64,000 nt of DNA. Source: an uncultured Chloroflexia bacterium (lineage in GTDB: Bacteria; Chloroflexota; Anaerolineae; JAAYZQ01). Below the pieces are notes generated by a model, which saw nothing but the letters and a program-made list of their open reading frames with translations, did not search any database and was not told where the DNA came from. The DNA lies in contig CAVOXA010000010.1 of assembly GCA_963700285.1 (NCBI GenBank), forward strand, positions 1,888,001 to 1,952,000, written 5' to 3'. This document shows positions 1-10,002 of this stretch, piece by piece; the first letter of the stretch is position 1; every line of letters begins with the position of its first letter. A program made the translations under genes and the position numbers.

Positions 1-70
1 GGGCTCTACGGAGCCCCTTTGTGCTGGGTGGAGGTGGTATCGACAAGAATTTGGAGCGGATGCTATCGTT

Positions 71-1123
71 ATGTTATTAAAGCCAACTCGCGACGTGGGT
101 ATTGCCGGCTACGGGGCCTATGTGCCCCGCTACCGCCTGCCTGGAAGCGAAGTGGATAGGGTGTGGAAGGACGGGGGAGGGGGCTCACCCATCCGGGAAA
201 AGGCGGTGCCAGGCCCGGACGAAGACACAGCCACCATGTCGGTCGAGGCCGCCCGCAACGCATTGGCCAGGGCCGGTATAGTCCCAACTGCCCTTCGCGC
301 CGTGTGGGTGGGCAGCGAATCCCATCCCTACGCCGTCAAGCCTACGTCGACCATCGTGGCCCAGGCCGTCGGTGCCGTGCCGGCTACCCAGGCCGCTGAT
401 TGGGAGTTTGCCTGCAAGGCAGGCACCGAGGCGTTTCAAGCGGCGGTGGGTTTTGTCGGTTCAGGCATGGCAGATTATGCCCTGGCCATTGGCATGGATA
501 CAGCCCAGGGGCGGCCGGGCGACGCGCTGGAATACACGGCGGGGGCCGGTGGAGCCGCCTACATCGTCGGTCCGGCAGAGGATAGCTTGGCGATTGTTGA
601 GGGTTCCTTTTCCTACGTGACCGACACACCCGACTTTTTCCGGCGGCCGCACGAGCACTATCCCCAGCATGGCAGTCGTTTCACCGGTGATCCGGCTTAT
701 TTTACGCATGTGCTGGCTGCCGGCCGGCAGTTGATGGAGGCGCTAGGCAGCGCACCGGAGGACTATGCGGCGGCGGTTTTTCACCAGCCAAACCCCAAGT
801 TCCCGGAACGGGCGGCCAAGATCTTGGGCTTCAAACCGGAGCAGACGCGTGCCGGCCTCCTGTGCCCGATGGTGGGCAATACCTATGCCGGCTCCTCACT
901 GCTGGGCCTGACGGCCATCCTGGATGGCGCCCAACCAGGAGATCGTGTGCTGCTGGTCTCTTTTGGCTCAGGGGCAGGTAGCGACGCCCTTTCCTTGCGG
1001 GTCACAGACAAGATCGAGGCGCGCCGCGACCGCGCACCCCGCACCCAAACCTACGTCCAGCGGCGCAAGGCCATAGATTACGGCATCTATGTACGCTACC
1101 GCAAAAAGTTACACATGCACTAA
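71..1123 (+). CDS. mvaS: Hydroxymethylglutaryl-CoA synthase, archaeal type
   Basis: 350 aa. Motifs [12 protein letters not shown] (Glu), FACKAGT (Cys), FHQPN (His), GNTYAGS. First gene of an HMGCS-thiolase-DUF35 triad. Confidence 0.9.
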   Translation: MLLKPTRDVGIAGYGAYVPRYRLPGSEVDRVWKDGGGGSPIREKAVPGPDEDTATMSVEAARNALARAGIVPTALRAVWVGSESHPYAVKPTSTIVAQAVGAVPATQAADWEFACKAGTEAFQAAVGFVGSGMADYALAIGMDTAQGRPGDALEYTAGAGGAAYIVGPAEDSLAIVEGSFSYVTDTPDFFRRPHEHYPQHGSRFTGDPAYFTHVLAAGRQLMEALGSAPEDYAAAVFHQPNPKFPERAAKILGFKPEQTRAGLLCPMVGNTYAGSSLLGLTAILDGAQPGDRVLLVSFGSGAGSDALSLRVTDKIEARRDRAPRTQTYVQRRKAIDYGIYVRYRKKLHMH

Positions 1124-1198
1124 TCTCCAATCCCCGCGATTGGGCCTATGATAGTGGTCCCGAAACGGAGATTGGACATTGGATACTCGAGAACCTGA

Positions 1199-2365
1199 AT
1201 GAGAGATGTAAGCATCATTGGCCTCGGCCAGACACAAGTTGCGGAACACTGGGACCGGTCGCTGCGGCACCTGGCAGCGGACGCGGTTCTGGCGGCGATG
1301 AAGGATGCCGGCATGGATCCAGGAGCGGTAGATGCCCTGTACGTGGGCAATATGCTCTCCGGCTTGCTCACCGGGCAGGAGCACCTGGGAGCGCTCATTG
1401 CTGATTTTGTGGGACTGCGGGGCATTGAGGCCCTCAAAGTGGAGGCGGCCTGCGGTTCTGGCGCGGCGGCGCTGCGCCAGGGCTACATTGCTGTGGCCGG
1501 GGGGCTGCACGATTTCGTCATCATCTGCGGTGTAGAAAAGATGACGGACACGGTCAACGCCGAAACGACTACGGGCCTGGTGATGGCTGCCGACGCCGAT
1601 TATGAGTCGATCCACGGCCTGACCTTTGTCAGCATCAACGCCTTGTTGATGCGGCGCTACATGTACGAGTATGGCGTCCAGCACAAAGACTTTGCCGGAT
1701 TCGCCGTCAATGCCCATCGCAACGCGGTAGGCAACCCCAATGCCCTGTACCGCCGGCCCATCACGGCCGAGCATTTCGCCGGCGCCCGGATGATCGCCGA
1801 TCCCATCAACCTGCTCGACTCATCGGGCATCGGGGACGGGGCCGCGGCGGTGGTGCTTTGCCCCAGCAGCATGGCCCGCGAATATAGCAACGGCCGCGCG
1901 GTACACATCAAGGCCTCATCCATGGCCACCGACGCTGTGGCAGTCCATGACCGTCCTGACCCGCTCTGGCTGTCTGCAGCCGAGGCGTCGGCCTTCAAAG
2001 CATACCAGCAGGCGGGTGTCGGGCTGCGCGATATCGATCTGTTCGAAGTCCATGATGCTTTCACCATCATGTCGGCCTTGAGTTTGGAGGCGGCTGGTTT
2101 TGCCGAGCGGGGCAAAGGCACCCAGTTGGCCCTGTCCGGTGAGATAACCCGAGAAGGCCGGATTCCCACTTGCACCATGGGCGGTCTGAAAGCGCGAGGC
2201 CACCCCGTGGGCGCGACCGGCATCTACCAGGTAGCCGAAGTGGCCCAGCAGTTGCGCGGCCAGGCTGGCGACAACCAGATCCCCAATGCCCGGCTGGGTA
2301 TGGCCCAGAACATCGGGGGTAGTGGGGCCACCGTGATCACACACATTCTTGAGGCACAGAATTAG
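1199..2365 (+). CDS. Acetoacetyl-CoA thiolase (archaeal/SCP-x-like)
   Basis: 388 aa. Motifs EAACGSG, FEVHDAF, ARGHPVGATG, QNIGG. Confidence 0.9.
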   Translation: MRDVSIIGLGQTQVAEHWDRSLRHLAADAVLAAMKDAGMDPGAVDALYVGNMLSGLLTGQEHLGALIADFVGLRGIEALKVEAACGSGAAALRQGYIAVAGGLHDFVIICGVEKMTDTVNAETTTGLVMAADADYESIHGLTFVSINALLMRRYMYEYGVQHKDFAGFAVNAHRNAVGNPNALYRRPITAEHFAGARMIADPINLLDSSGIGDGAAAVVLCPSSMAREYSNGRAVHIKASSMATDAVAVHDRPDPLWLSAAEASAFKAYQQAGVGLRDIDLFEVHDAFTIMSALSLEAAGFAERGKGTQLALSGEITREGRIPTCTMGGLKARGHPVGATGIYQVAEVAQQLRGQAGDNQIPNARLGMAQNIGGSGATVITHILEAQN

Positions 2366-2438
2366 GCGTCACTGGCGCAAAGGTTTGGAACCTTTCGCAA
2401 CGGTGATCCATCGGAGAACTGATACAGGAGGGTACAAA

Positions 2439-2843
2439 ATGAGTATTCCAAGGCACTGGCGACTGCGAAATCAGCGGTATTCCATGGTCGGCGAAGAATG
2501 CCACACCTGTGGGGCCAAACTTTTCCCGCCCCGCGACGTCTGCCCCGAGTGCAGCAAACCGGCCTATGAGCCCTATACATTCAGTGGCAACGGCAAGGTC
2601 TATTCCTATTCGACCGTCTACCAGGCGCCCACCGGCTATGAGGATTTTGTTCCCTACACGGTGGCCTTGGTGGAACTCGACGAAGGGCCGCTGGTGACGG
2701 CGCAGCTCACCGATGTGGACCAGGACGAGGTCGAGATCGGCATGCCCGTGGAGATGGTGACCCGTAAGCTTCGGGAAGAGGGCGAAGACGGGCTCATCGT
2801 CTACGGCTACAAGTTTCGAAGGCCCATTCACGAAGCAGCGTAG
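2439..2843 (+). CDS. DUF35-family Zn-ribbon/OB-fold protein (thiolase-HMGCS scaffold subunit)
   Basis: ATG 2439 after GGAGG. CHTCG...PPRDVCPEC zinc ribbon followed by OB fold (GKVYSYS, PYTVALVELDEG, YGYKFRR). Confidence 0.9.
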   Translation: MSIPRHWRLRNQRYSMVGEECHTCGAKLFPPRDVCPECSKPAYEPYTFSGNGKVYSYSTVYQAPTGYEDFVPYTVALVELDEGPLVTAQLTDVDQDEVEIGMPVEMVTRKLREEGEDGLIVYGYKFRRPIHEAA

Positions 2844-2855
2844 ATAGATTGAGAC

Positions 2856-2925
2856 ATCCCAGGGCCACAGAAGTGCCCTGGGGATCTTTGCGTTCACAAG
2901 CCACTGTCGCGCGACAGTGGCTTGT
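2856..2925. terminator. Hairpins after the operon, including a perfect 30-bp palindrome
   Basis: ATCCCAGGGCCAC-AGAA-GTGCCCTGGGGAT, then ACAAGCCACTGTCGC/GCGACAGTGGCTTGT (2896-2925). Confidence 0.55.
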
Positions 2926-3053
2926 TGTGTTCTTTCCTCAGTTTGTGGTCGGTACCCAGCCTCCCCGATTTCTCCGAAGACCAGGCCATCGGGTTCATGT
3001 GGTTTGATGCTGGGTGTGTTTCAGATTTCTGGACAACACAAAGCCCGGTGCAC

Positions 3054-3121
3054 GTCATTCCGAACGAAGTGAAGAATCTCGCTTGCGCCCAACCGAGATC
3101 CTGCGCTTCGCTCAGGATGAC
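3054..3121. repeat. REP/RPE-like palindromic intergenic element
   Basis: GTCATTCCGAACGAAGTGAAGAATCTC...GAGATCCTGCGCTTCGCTCAGGATGAC. Further partial right arms (CTCAGCATGAC, CTCAGAATGAC) at ~3177 and ~3240. Confidence 0.7.
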
Positions 3122-3407
3122 GACTACCCAAGGGTGACTTTCTTGTACATAGAGTGGCACCCCGCGCCATGGAACACTCAGCATGACGGGCTGAGGGGCA
3201 AGTCTTCGCAAATCGAGAGGCTTTCTGCATTATGGGCCGCTCAGAATGACGGCATCTCTGCCCAAGCCACCCAAAAAGTTGGACTACCCCCTTTGATGCT
3301 TGGGGATCTTTTGCAATTTGACAAGGCCGCCGGATCCCGGTACGATACAGCCACATGGAAAACCGCCAACTCATTTCTGTTATCTGGGACGATGGGAGTC
3401 TAGGCTG

Positions 3408-4100
3408 ATGAGGATCCTGGCCATCCAGAATTGCAGCGCCGAAGGTTTCGGTCTGTACGAGCGGGCCCTTCAGGAACTCGGGGCTGGCTACAGGCTGGTT
3501 CACGCCTACAGGGATGAATCCCTTCCACCCCACGAGAACTTTGACGCGATACTGGTCGGCGGCACGCCTGTTTCGGCCTATGAAGCCCACGCCCACCCTT
3601 TCCTGCAGGCAGAGCGCGAGTACCTGCAGGACGCGGTGCAAAAGGGAAAAGCCTGCCTCGGCATCTGCTGCGGCGCCCAGATCCTGACCCAGATACTGGG
3701 TGCAGACGTGCGTCGCTGTCAGCGGATGGAGATCGGCGTCTATAAAGTACAGCTCACAGAGGCGGGCTGCAAGGATGGCCTGCTAAAGGGCTTTCCCCCT
3801 CGTTTTCCGGTTTTCCACTGGCACGGGGATACCTTTGACATCCCGGAGGGCGCTGAATTGCTGGTCCAGGGCCAGGACTGCCCCAATCAGATGTTCCGCC
3901 GGGGCAAGGTAGTAGGTGTACAGTTCCACCTTGAAGTGACCAGCAGCACCGCAGGCATCTGGGCCGACGAGTATCGAGATGAACTGGCAGCCTTTGGCAA
4001 GAGCAAGGCAGAGGTCGTCGCCGAATGTCGGAAACGAGAGCAAGAGATGAACACCCTGGCGGCACGATTGCTGGAAAATTTCCTTGAGATAGCTCTATGA
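3408..4100 (+). CDS. Class I glutamine amidotransferase-like protein (GMP synthase GATase-like)
   Basis: LGICCGAQ (Cys), FHWHGDTF, GVQFHLE (His-Glu). Start set at MRILAIQN. Confidence 0.88.
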   Translation: MRILAIQNCSAEGFGLYERALQELGAGYRLVHAYRDESLPPHENFDAILVGGTPVSAYEAHAHPFLQAEREYLQDAVQKGKACLGICCGAQILTQILGADVRRCQRMEIGVYKVQLTEAGCKDGLLKGFPPRFPVFHWHGDTFDIPEGAELLVQGQDCPNQMFRRGKVVGVQFHLEVTSSTAGIWADEYRDELAAFGKSKAEVVAECRKREQEMNTLAARLLENFLEIAL

Positions 4101-4150
4101 AAGCAATCGATGGCCTATGCATTTCGAAGGCACAACCTGGGGGTGACCGT

Positions 4151-4744
4151 ATGCACGTCTACATCCTGTTCGCTCACCCAAGCAAAAAATCCTTTAGTCA
4201 GTCTGTGCTGCAAGCTTTCACACGCGGTCTGGCAGAAGCGGGACACAGCTTTCAAGTCGGCGACCTGTATGAAATGGGCTTCCAATCGGAACTGGACGAG
4301 GATCAGTATATCCGTGAACTGGGGCTGGACCCTCGCGCCCCCGTGCCCGACGATGTGGCGGCAGAGCAAGCCAAGATCGACGCGGCCGGCGCCCTGGTCT
4401 TTATCTATCCGGTCTGGTGGAGCGACTGTCCGGCCAAGCTGAAGGGCTGGTTCGACCGGGTACTGACCTACGGCTACGCCTATTTCTACGACACGGACGA
4501 GCAGCGCTTGTCCCGCATCTCCATCGAAAAGGCCCTCGTGCTCTGTTCGGCGGGCCACACCGTCGAACACCTGGAAGAGACCGGCATCGCCGAGAGCATG
4601 CGCTGCATCATGCTCAACGATCGCCTGCTGGGAGTCGGCGTCAAGGCCACCCAGATGGAGATCCTGGGCGGCATGATGCCGGGGGATGACACCCACCGGC
4701 AAGAGAATCTGAGCAGGGCTTATGAATTGGGCCGTACGTTCTAG
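4151..4744 (+). CDS. NAD(P)H-dependent quinone oxidoreductase (flavodoxin-like fold)
   Basis: ILFAHPSKKSFS and FIYPVWWSDCPAKLKGWFDRV. Confidence 0.88.
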   Translation: MHVYILFAHPSKKSFSQSVLQAFTRGLAEAGHSFQVGDLYEMGFQSELDEDQYIRELGLDPRAPVPDDVAAEQAKIDAAGALVFIYPVWWSDCPAKLKGWFDRVLTYGYAYFYDTDEQRLSRISIEKALVLCSAGHTVEHLEETGIAESMRCIMLNDRLLGVGVKATQMEILGGMMPGDDTHRQENLSRAYELGRTF

Positions 4745-5167
4745 CCTACCCTTCCCCCCGGACTGGGCCGCGGCCTCCGCCGCTGCGACGTCGACAGTCA
4801 CAGCCAGACCGCCACCGCCCCCGACGGCCGCACCCTCTATTTCGACCTGGAGAGCTGGGCGGCGCTGAGCCGCTACCTGGCCGCCCGGGGCGACGCGGTC
4901 AACTATCCCCTGCTCCAGTGGAACCTGCCGCTCTTTGCCCGCCACAACTCGGCCAGCGTCGGCCAGCCCCTGCAGGCACTGAACCGGGCATCTGTCAAGA
5001 GCGTCATCGTTGCCCTGTAGCCCTCTGCCGGGCTACAGGCCCGCAACCTCAGGACCCGCTTTGCCCACCTCGTCCTGGCCGCCACAAAAGACGAAGCCGG
5101 CACCGCCAAGCTCCTCGGCCTCCGCAGCCCCGAAAGCATCCGCCGCTACGTCCCCGAAGACGATTGA
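4745..5167 (+). pseudogene. C-terminal relic of a tyrosine recombinase/integrase
   Basis: Manual translation: ...WAALSRYLAARGD...PLFARH...VIVAL*PSAGLQARNLRTRFAHLVLAATKDEAGTAKLLGLRSPESIRRYVPEDD*. Matches the HxLRHxFA...LLGHxSxxxTxRY box. No start codon; in-frame TAG at 5018. Confidence 0.65.
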
Positions 5168-5266
5168 CCCCCAACCCGCCAAAACCCGCTCGAGTCTGGC
5201 ATGACCCTCCCCATCATCCCCTCTGCCTGGGCCACACGCACCCTCTCTCGGTCTCCCCCTCACCCC

Positions 5267-7758
5267 TCACCCCCTCTCCCCCTCCGCGTCCAGCTCCTCT
5301 TCCACCAGCTTCTGGCGCAGGACCTTGCCCACAAAGGATCGGGGCATCTCGTCGCGAAAGCGTACCCTGCGCGGCACCTGGTAGGAGCGCAGCCGATCCT
5401 GGCAGAAGGCGATGATCTCCTCGGCCGTGGCCTGCTGGCCGGGACGCAGCACGATATGGACCCGGACCTCGCCGCGCCCGTCGTCGCCCGGAACGCCAAT
5501 GGCCGCGGCTTCCTGCACGCTGGGATGCTCGTACAAGCACCTCCTCCACATCGCGGGGATAGACCTGGTGGACGCCAACACGGATCAGGTCGCGGATGCG
5601 GTTGATGATCCGGAAATAACCATCGCTGTCCATCTGGGCCAGGTCGCCGGTGTGGAGCCAGCCATCGCGCAGCGCCTCCTCGGTCTCTTCGGGCCGGCGC
5701 CAGTAGCCCTGCATCACCTGAGGTCCGCGGATCACCAGCTCGCCGACTGGCCCGGCTTGAGCTCGCGCCCGCTGCGAGGGTGCACGATGCGGGCGTCGGT
5801 ACCGGGCAGGGGGATGCCGATGGCTGCCCACCTTGCGCTGGCCAAAGAGGGGGTTGGCGTGGGTCACAGGGCTGGCCTCGGTCAGGCCATAGCCCTCCAC
5901 CAGCCGCCCCTTGGTCAGCTTCTCAAAACCCTCCTGCACTTCGATGGGCAGCGGGCTGGCCCCGCTGATGCAGGCCTTGATGCTGGCGATCTCATAGTCG
6001 CGCACGTTGGGGAACTCGTTGATGGCCGCGTACATCGCCGGCACACCGGGGAACAGGGTGGGATGATGGCGGCGGATGGCCTTCAGGACCGCCTCGGTAT
6101 CGAAGCGTCGGAAGCAGCACCACCGCCGAACCGCTGAGCATCGCCAGGTTCAGGCAGGCGGTCAGGCCATAGGAGTGGGAAAAGGGCAGCACGCCCAGAA
6201 ACCTCTCCTGTCCCTCCCGCAGGTCCGCGAACCAGGCACGGGTCTGGATGGCGTTGGCCACCAGGTTGCGGTGCGAGAGCATGACCCCTTTGGGCTCGCC
6301 CGTGGTGCCGCCCGTGTAGAGCAGGACCGCCAGGTCGTCGGCGATGACCGGCACAGGCTGGTAGCTCGCCGGGACGTGCGGCGCATCAGCCGCTCCCACC
6401 AGAGGACCTTTTCCGCTTCGTAGGCCGGCAGGCGGTGTCCTTCCTGCCGCTCGCGGGTGAAGCGAAAGATGGTCCGCTGCAGCCAGGGCAGATAGGTCTT
6501 GACGTTGGTCAGGATCACGTTGCGGATCCTGTCCCTCCTGCTGCAGAGGGCGGACCACGTCGGGGTAGAAGCGGCTGAGGGTGAGTACCGTCTCGGCGCC
6601 AGAGTCGGCCAGTTGGCGGGCCAGTTCCTCTCGGTCGGACAGGGGATTGACCAGCACGGCCACTGCTCCGGCCATCAGCGCGCCGTACAGACCGATGACT
6701 GCCTGGGGGACGTTGGGCAGCAGGATGAGAAACCGGTCGCCCTTGCGTACGCCCAGGTCGCGCACAATGCCGGCCCAACGCTGCGCTTCCTCGGCCACAA
6801 ACCGGTACGACAACGGGCGACCGCCATAGATGAGGGCTGGCCGATCGGGCCAGCGGCGGGCCGATTCCTCCAACAAGTGGTGCACGGGTTGATCGGGGAT
6901 GGTGATCTCGGCAGGGACGCCCTTTTCATAGTGTTCCAGCCAGGGCCGCTCGTGGGCCACGGCCTTGGCTTCCTCCACGCCGCTGCGCCAGGAGCGCAGG
7001 CCCGTTTCCAGGAAACGTTCCAGGGCACGGTTGACGGCCGCCGGCCGTCTCCAGAGGCGACTGGTGGCCTGCCGCCCTGATGATCTCCAGGCGGGCGCGG
7101 GGCATCTCGTAGGCGGTGCGGCGCGATAGCGAAGGGCGCACGTACCAGTCGCGCTGGCCGGCGATGACCAGCGTCGGTGTGGTGATCTCGGGCAGCAGAT
7201 CCCAGCCCTGCCACGAGCCGACGCTGTTCTCGACAAAGTTCTTGAAGACGTGGGGCGGCGCGTTAAAGCGTCCCCGGCGTTGCAGGAAGGGACGGATCAG
7301 GACCATGAGCACGGAAGGAATGCGCAGCGCCAGGCGCATCGCACTTGGAAAGGGGCAGACTGGGCAGCCGTGTTGACCAGGGCCAGCTTGGTCAGCCGCT
7401 CCGGATAGCGAGCGGCAAAGTTGATGCCCAGCAGCCCGCCGGCCGAGTGGGCCAGCAGCACCACCGGTTCCCGGACGTCCAGCCCATCCAGGACTGCCAC
7501 CAGATCGGCTGTAACCTGATCCACGGTATAGCCATCGCGGGGCTTGTCAGATCGGCCGTGGCCCCGCAGGTCGGGAGCGATACAGCGGTGGCGCCGGGAA
7601 AAGTGGCGGAGCTGGTTGACCCACTGCAATGCATGGCCGCCAGCCCCCTGGACGAAGAAAAGGGCCGGTCCATCACCACGCGGCCCGGCGTCGATCACGC
7701 TCAGACGGACAGATGGTTGGACCTGTACCTGGATCCGGTCTGAATCAAACTCACTCAT
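5267..7758 (-). CDS. Alpha/beta-hydrolase fused to long-chain fatty-acid-CoA ligase (multiple frameshifts)
   Basis: Hydrolase motifs APDLRGHG, AHSAGG, AGHQSPLE. Ligase motifs YTGGTTGEPKG, EGYGLTEASP, WLHTGDLA. About 8 indels split it across several ORFs. Confidence 0.8.
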
Positions 7759-7864
7759 CCAGCGGAAATCCCTTTTTCGGAGATCAGGGCCTTTGAAAAG
7801 TCAACGCTGAGGATCCTACCCCTGGTACCGTGGCTCATACTTCACCTCCGTCAGGACCAACTAG

Positions 7865-7892
7865 ATTATACCATAGCAAGTACAGATGTCAA
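7865..7892 (-). promoter_or_regulatory. sigma70-like promoter of the hydrolase-ligase gene
   Basis: Minus strand TTGACA-16-TATAAT with extended TG. Confidence 0.6.
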
Positions 7893-8144
7893 CGGCTTCT
7901 CCTTTGCGGTAGCGTATCACTTTCGGTGGAATTACCGCCAAGCCGACCTGTCATTCCCGCATGCTTTTAGCGGGAATCCATGCCACCAGCAACCGTCACC
8001 GCTACAGAGTAGATGCCCGCTAGAACCATGCAAATACAAATGTCAACGGGTTCTCTTTCACGACAGCCCATCACTTTCGGTGGAAGATTAGCCCAGCTGA
8101 CCTTTCATTTCCGCACGCTTTCAGCGGGAATCCATGCCACCGGC
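7877..8144. repeat. Degenerate tandem duplication (~114 bp aligned, 154-bp period) containing GTCATTCCCGC..GCGGGAATCCA elements
   Basis: Copies at 7877-7990 and 8031-8144 share ATGTCAACGG, ATCACTTTCGGTGGAA and AGCGGGAATCCATGCCACC. Confidence 0.8.
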
Positions 8145-9916
8145 GTATCATCTCAATAACTGGGGGTAAGTTAGGCAGCGCGACCATGAAGCACTGAGCC
8201 TCAGCTCACTGGCACGTGCTTCGATCAGGCTCGCCAACGATGGAATCTGGTTCGACTTGGAAATCCGATCGTGAATGTACTGGTAGAAGCTAATGCCCAG
8301 TTTCCTGGTCGTGGCGACCAGGCTCATAAAGGTGTCCCACGCTCTGACACCATCTTGCGTGCGCGGGCCGAAGCTGACGTCGCGCTTCCGCACCCGTTGA
8401 CGCGCTTCCAGCTCGACCGGATTGTTATGCAACGGGATCTCCGGGTATTTGAGCACCATCAGCAAAGACGCTTTCTTTGCCCGCGTCTTGGCAATCCGGG
8501 CATCCAGGGCATCATAGCCGGTGCAGGTCGAAAACAGCCGGTCAAACTCCGTTTCCAACCGGGCACTTTCTTCTGGGGTTGGGTGCTGTTGGTAGGCCAA
8601 CAACTCGTCGTAGAACTCCCAGAACTGCTTTCGAAAATCGCTCAGCAGTTCCAGATGGTGGACGAAAACCGGCATCAGCTTCTTGTAGTGTCGCCCCTCA
8701 TGCACCCAGCACAGGGCCAACTCTTCCGCGAGCCAGTTGAACTGCGGCGCATCGTCGCAGACCAGCAAGCGCACAATGGGGCATGCCCTCTTCGGCGTGA
8801 TAGGCCGCCACGGCTGCCGCACTCAGAATCGCCTGCCGCTGTTGCGCGTTCAGCTTCGGCCATCTGCTGTCCAGCCGCTCCACAAAGGTCTGCTCGTCCC
8901 AGTCCTGGTCACTGCACTCGGCCGACAACCAGGTGCGCGTGGCTTTCGACAATGGAACAGACTCCAGATAGCCCAGCGCCTCCTCGTTCAACCGAAAGCG
9001 ACGCGCTCGACCGTTGCGCAGCACGTCCAGCACGCTCAAACGATCCTTGCTCGGCGTGGTCGTGTAGACGGTGTACAGCGGGTTGCAGACAATGTTGCAG
9101 TGCTGGTTCTGTCCGTCTACCCGCGTGCTGGTTTGATCGATATGTTGAAAGGGGCTGCTCCCCAATCCCGCTTCGCAGACCTCTGCCTTCTCGGCGTGAA
9201 ACACCTCTTGTCCTTTGATCAACAGATTGGACAGTTGGCCCGTCGAGATCTGGACGCCCATGTTCTCGTACAACTCCAGGATCTTGGGCTCGCTCATCCC
9301 GCCGCCAAAGTACAGGGTCACGGTCAGGGCTTTGAGCCCCGGCCCAAACTGCCCCTCGTACCCGAGTGGCAGCGGGGCCAGAAAGGTTTGGCCCGTCGAC
9401 GGCGCCCAATACTTCTCCTTGTGGAAGCATACGTTGTCGGCGCGAAAGATGAGATCCTGCACCACAACGTCTTCGTAGCCCTTGAACTCGGCATCCGGCG
9501 GCAAGCTGGCTTTGTCCACTTCCAGCGTCTGTTCGCGATGAATCTCGAGGTTTGCTTTCTTGGCTCGCTTCTGACGGGGCTTGGGTTTGCGCCGCTCTTG
9601 CTCCGACGAGTAATCAACCCGAGGCGGCTTGGGCGTGTTGGCCTTGATCTTGGGCTTTCCTTGCTCGCCTTTCAACCGATTGTTCTCGTCCCGCAAACGC
9701 TGAATCTCGGCCTGTGCATCCCGCAAGTCGGCTGGTCACGGCTTCGATCAGGTTCATCAACCGGACAATCAGTTGCCGGGCATTCTCGTCTTGGATGTTG
9801 CTCAGGTCAATGTCTTCCAACATAATGGCGCTATTCTATTCACTTTTGCTCAAAACGGCAAGTTTGCTCCTGCGTCTGTCCTTCGGGGGCTTTCCCCCGG
9901 TTTATTGAGATGATAC
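8145..9916 (-). mobile_element. IS66-family insertion sequence, single-ORF type, 1772 bp
   Basis: Terminal inverted repeats GTATCATCTCAATAA(CTGGGGGTAAG) and (CTTTCCCCCGGT)TTATTGAGATGATAC. No target-site duplication seen. Confidence 0.85.
8148..9823 (-). CDS. IS66-family transposase (two frameshifts)
   Basis: Pieces 9614-9823, 8698-9726 and 8148-8822. Motifs HIDQT, LVCDDAPQF, LCWVHEGRH, PLHNNPVELEAR. Confidence 0.85.
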
Positions 9917-9932
9917 GCTGAACTCAAAGTAT

Positions 9933-9961
9933 TTGACCGAAAGATGGAAATATGATATAAT
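9933..9961 (+). promoter_or_regulatory. sigma70-like promoter of the STAND NTPase pair
   Basis: TTGACC-17-TATAAT with extended TG, 16 bp beyond the IS end. Confidence 0.65.
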
Positions 9962-10002
9962 TAGACTATAACAGAACGTAAATCGCTTGAATTATCTATG
10001 CC

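Noticed and set aside
7877-8144. Possible CRISPR mini-array
   Set aside because: Only two long degenerate copies, no repeat-spacer pattern and no cas genes. The 21-bp repeat at 59351 has no spacers either.
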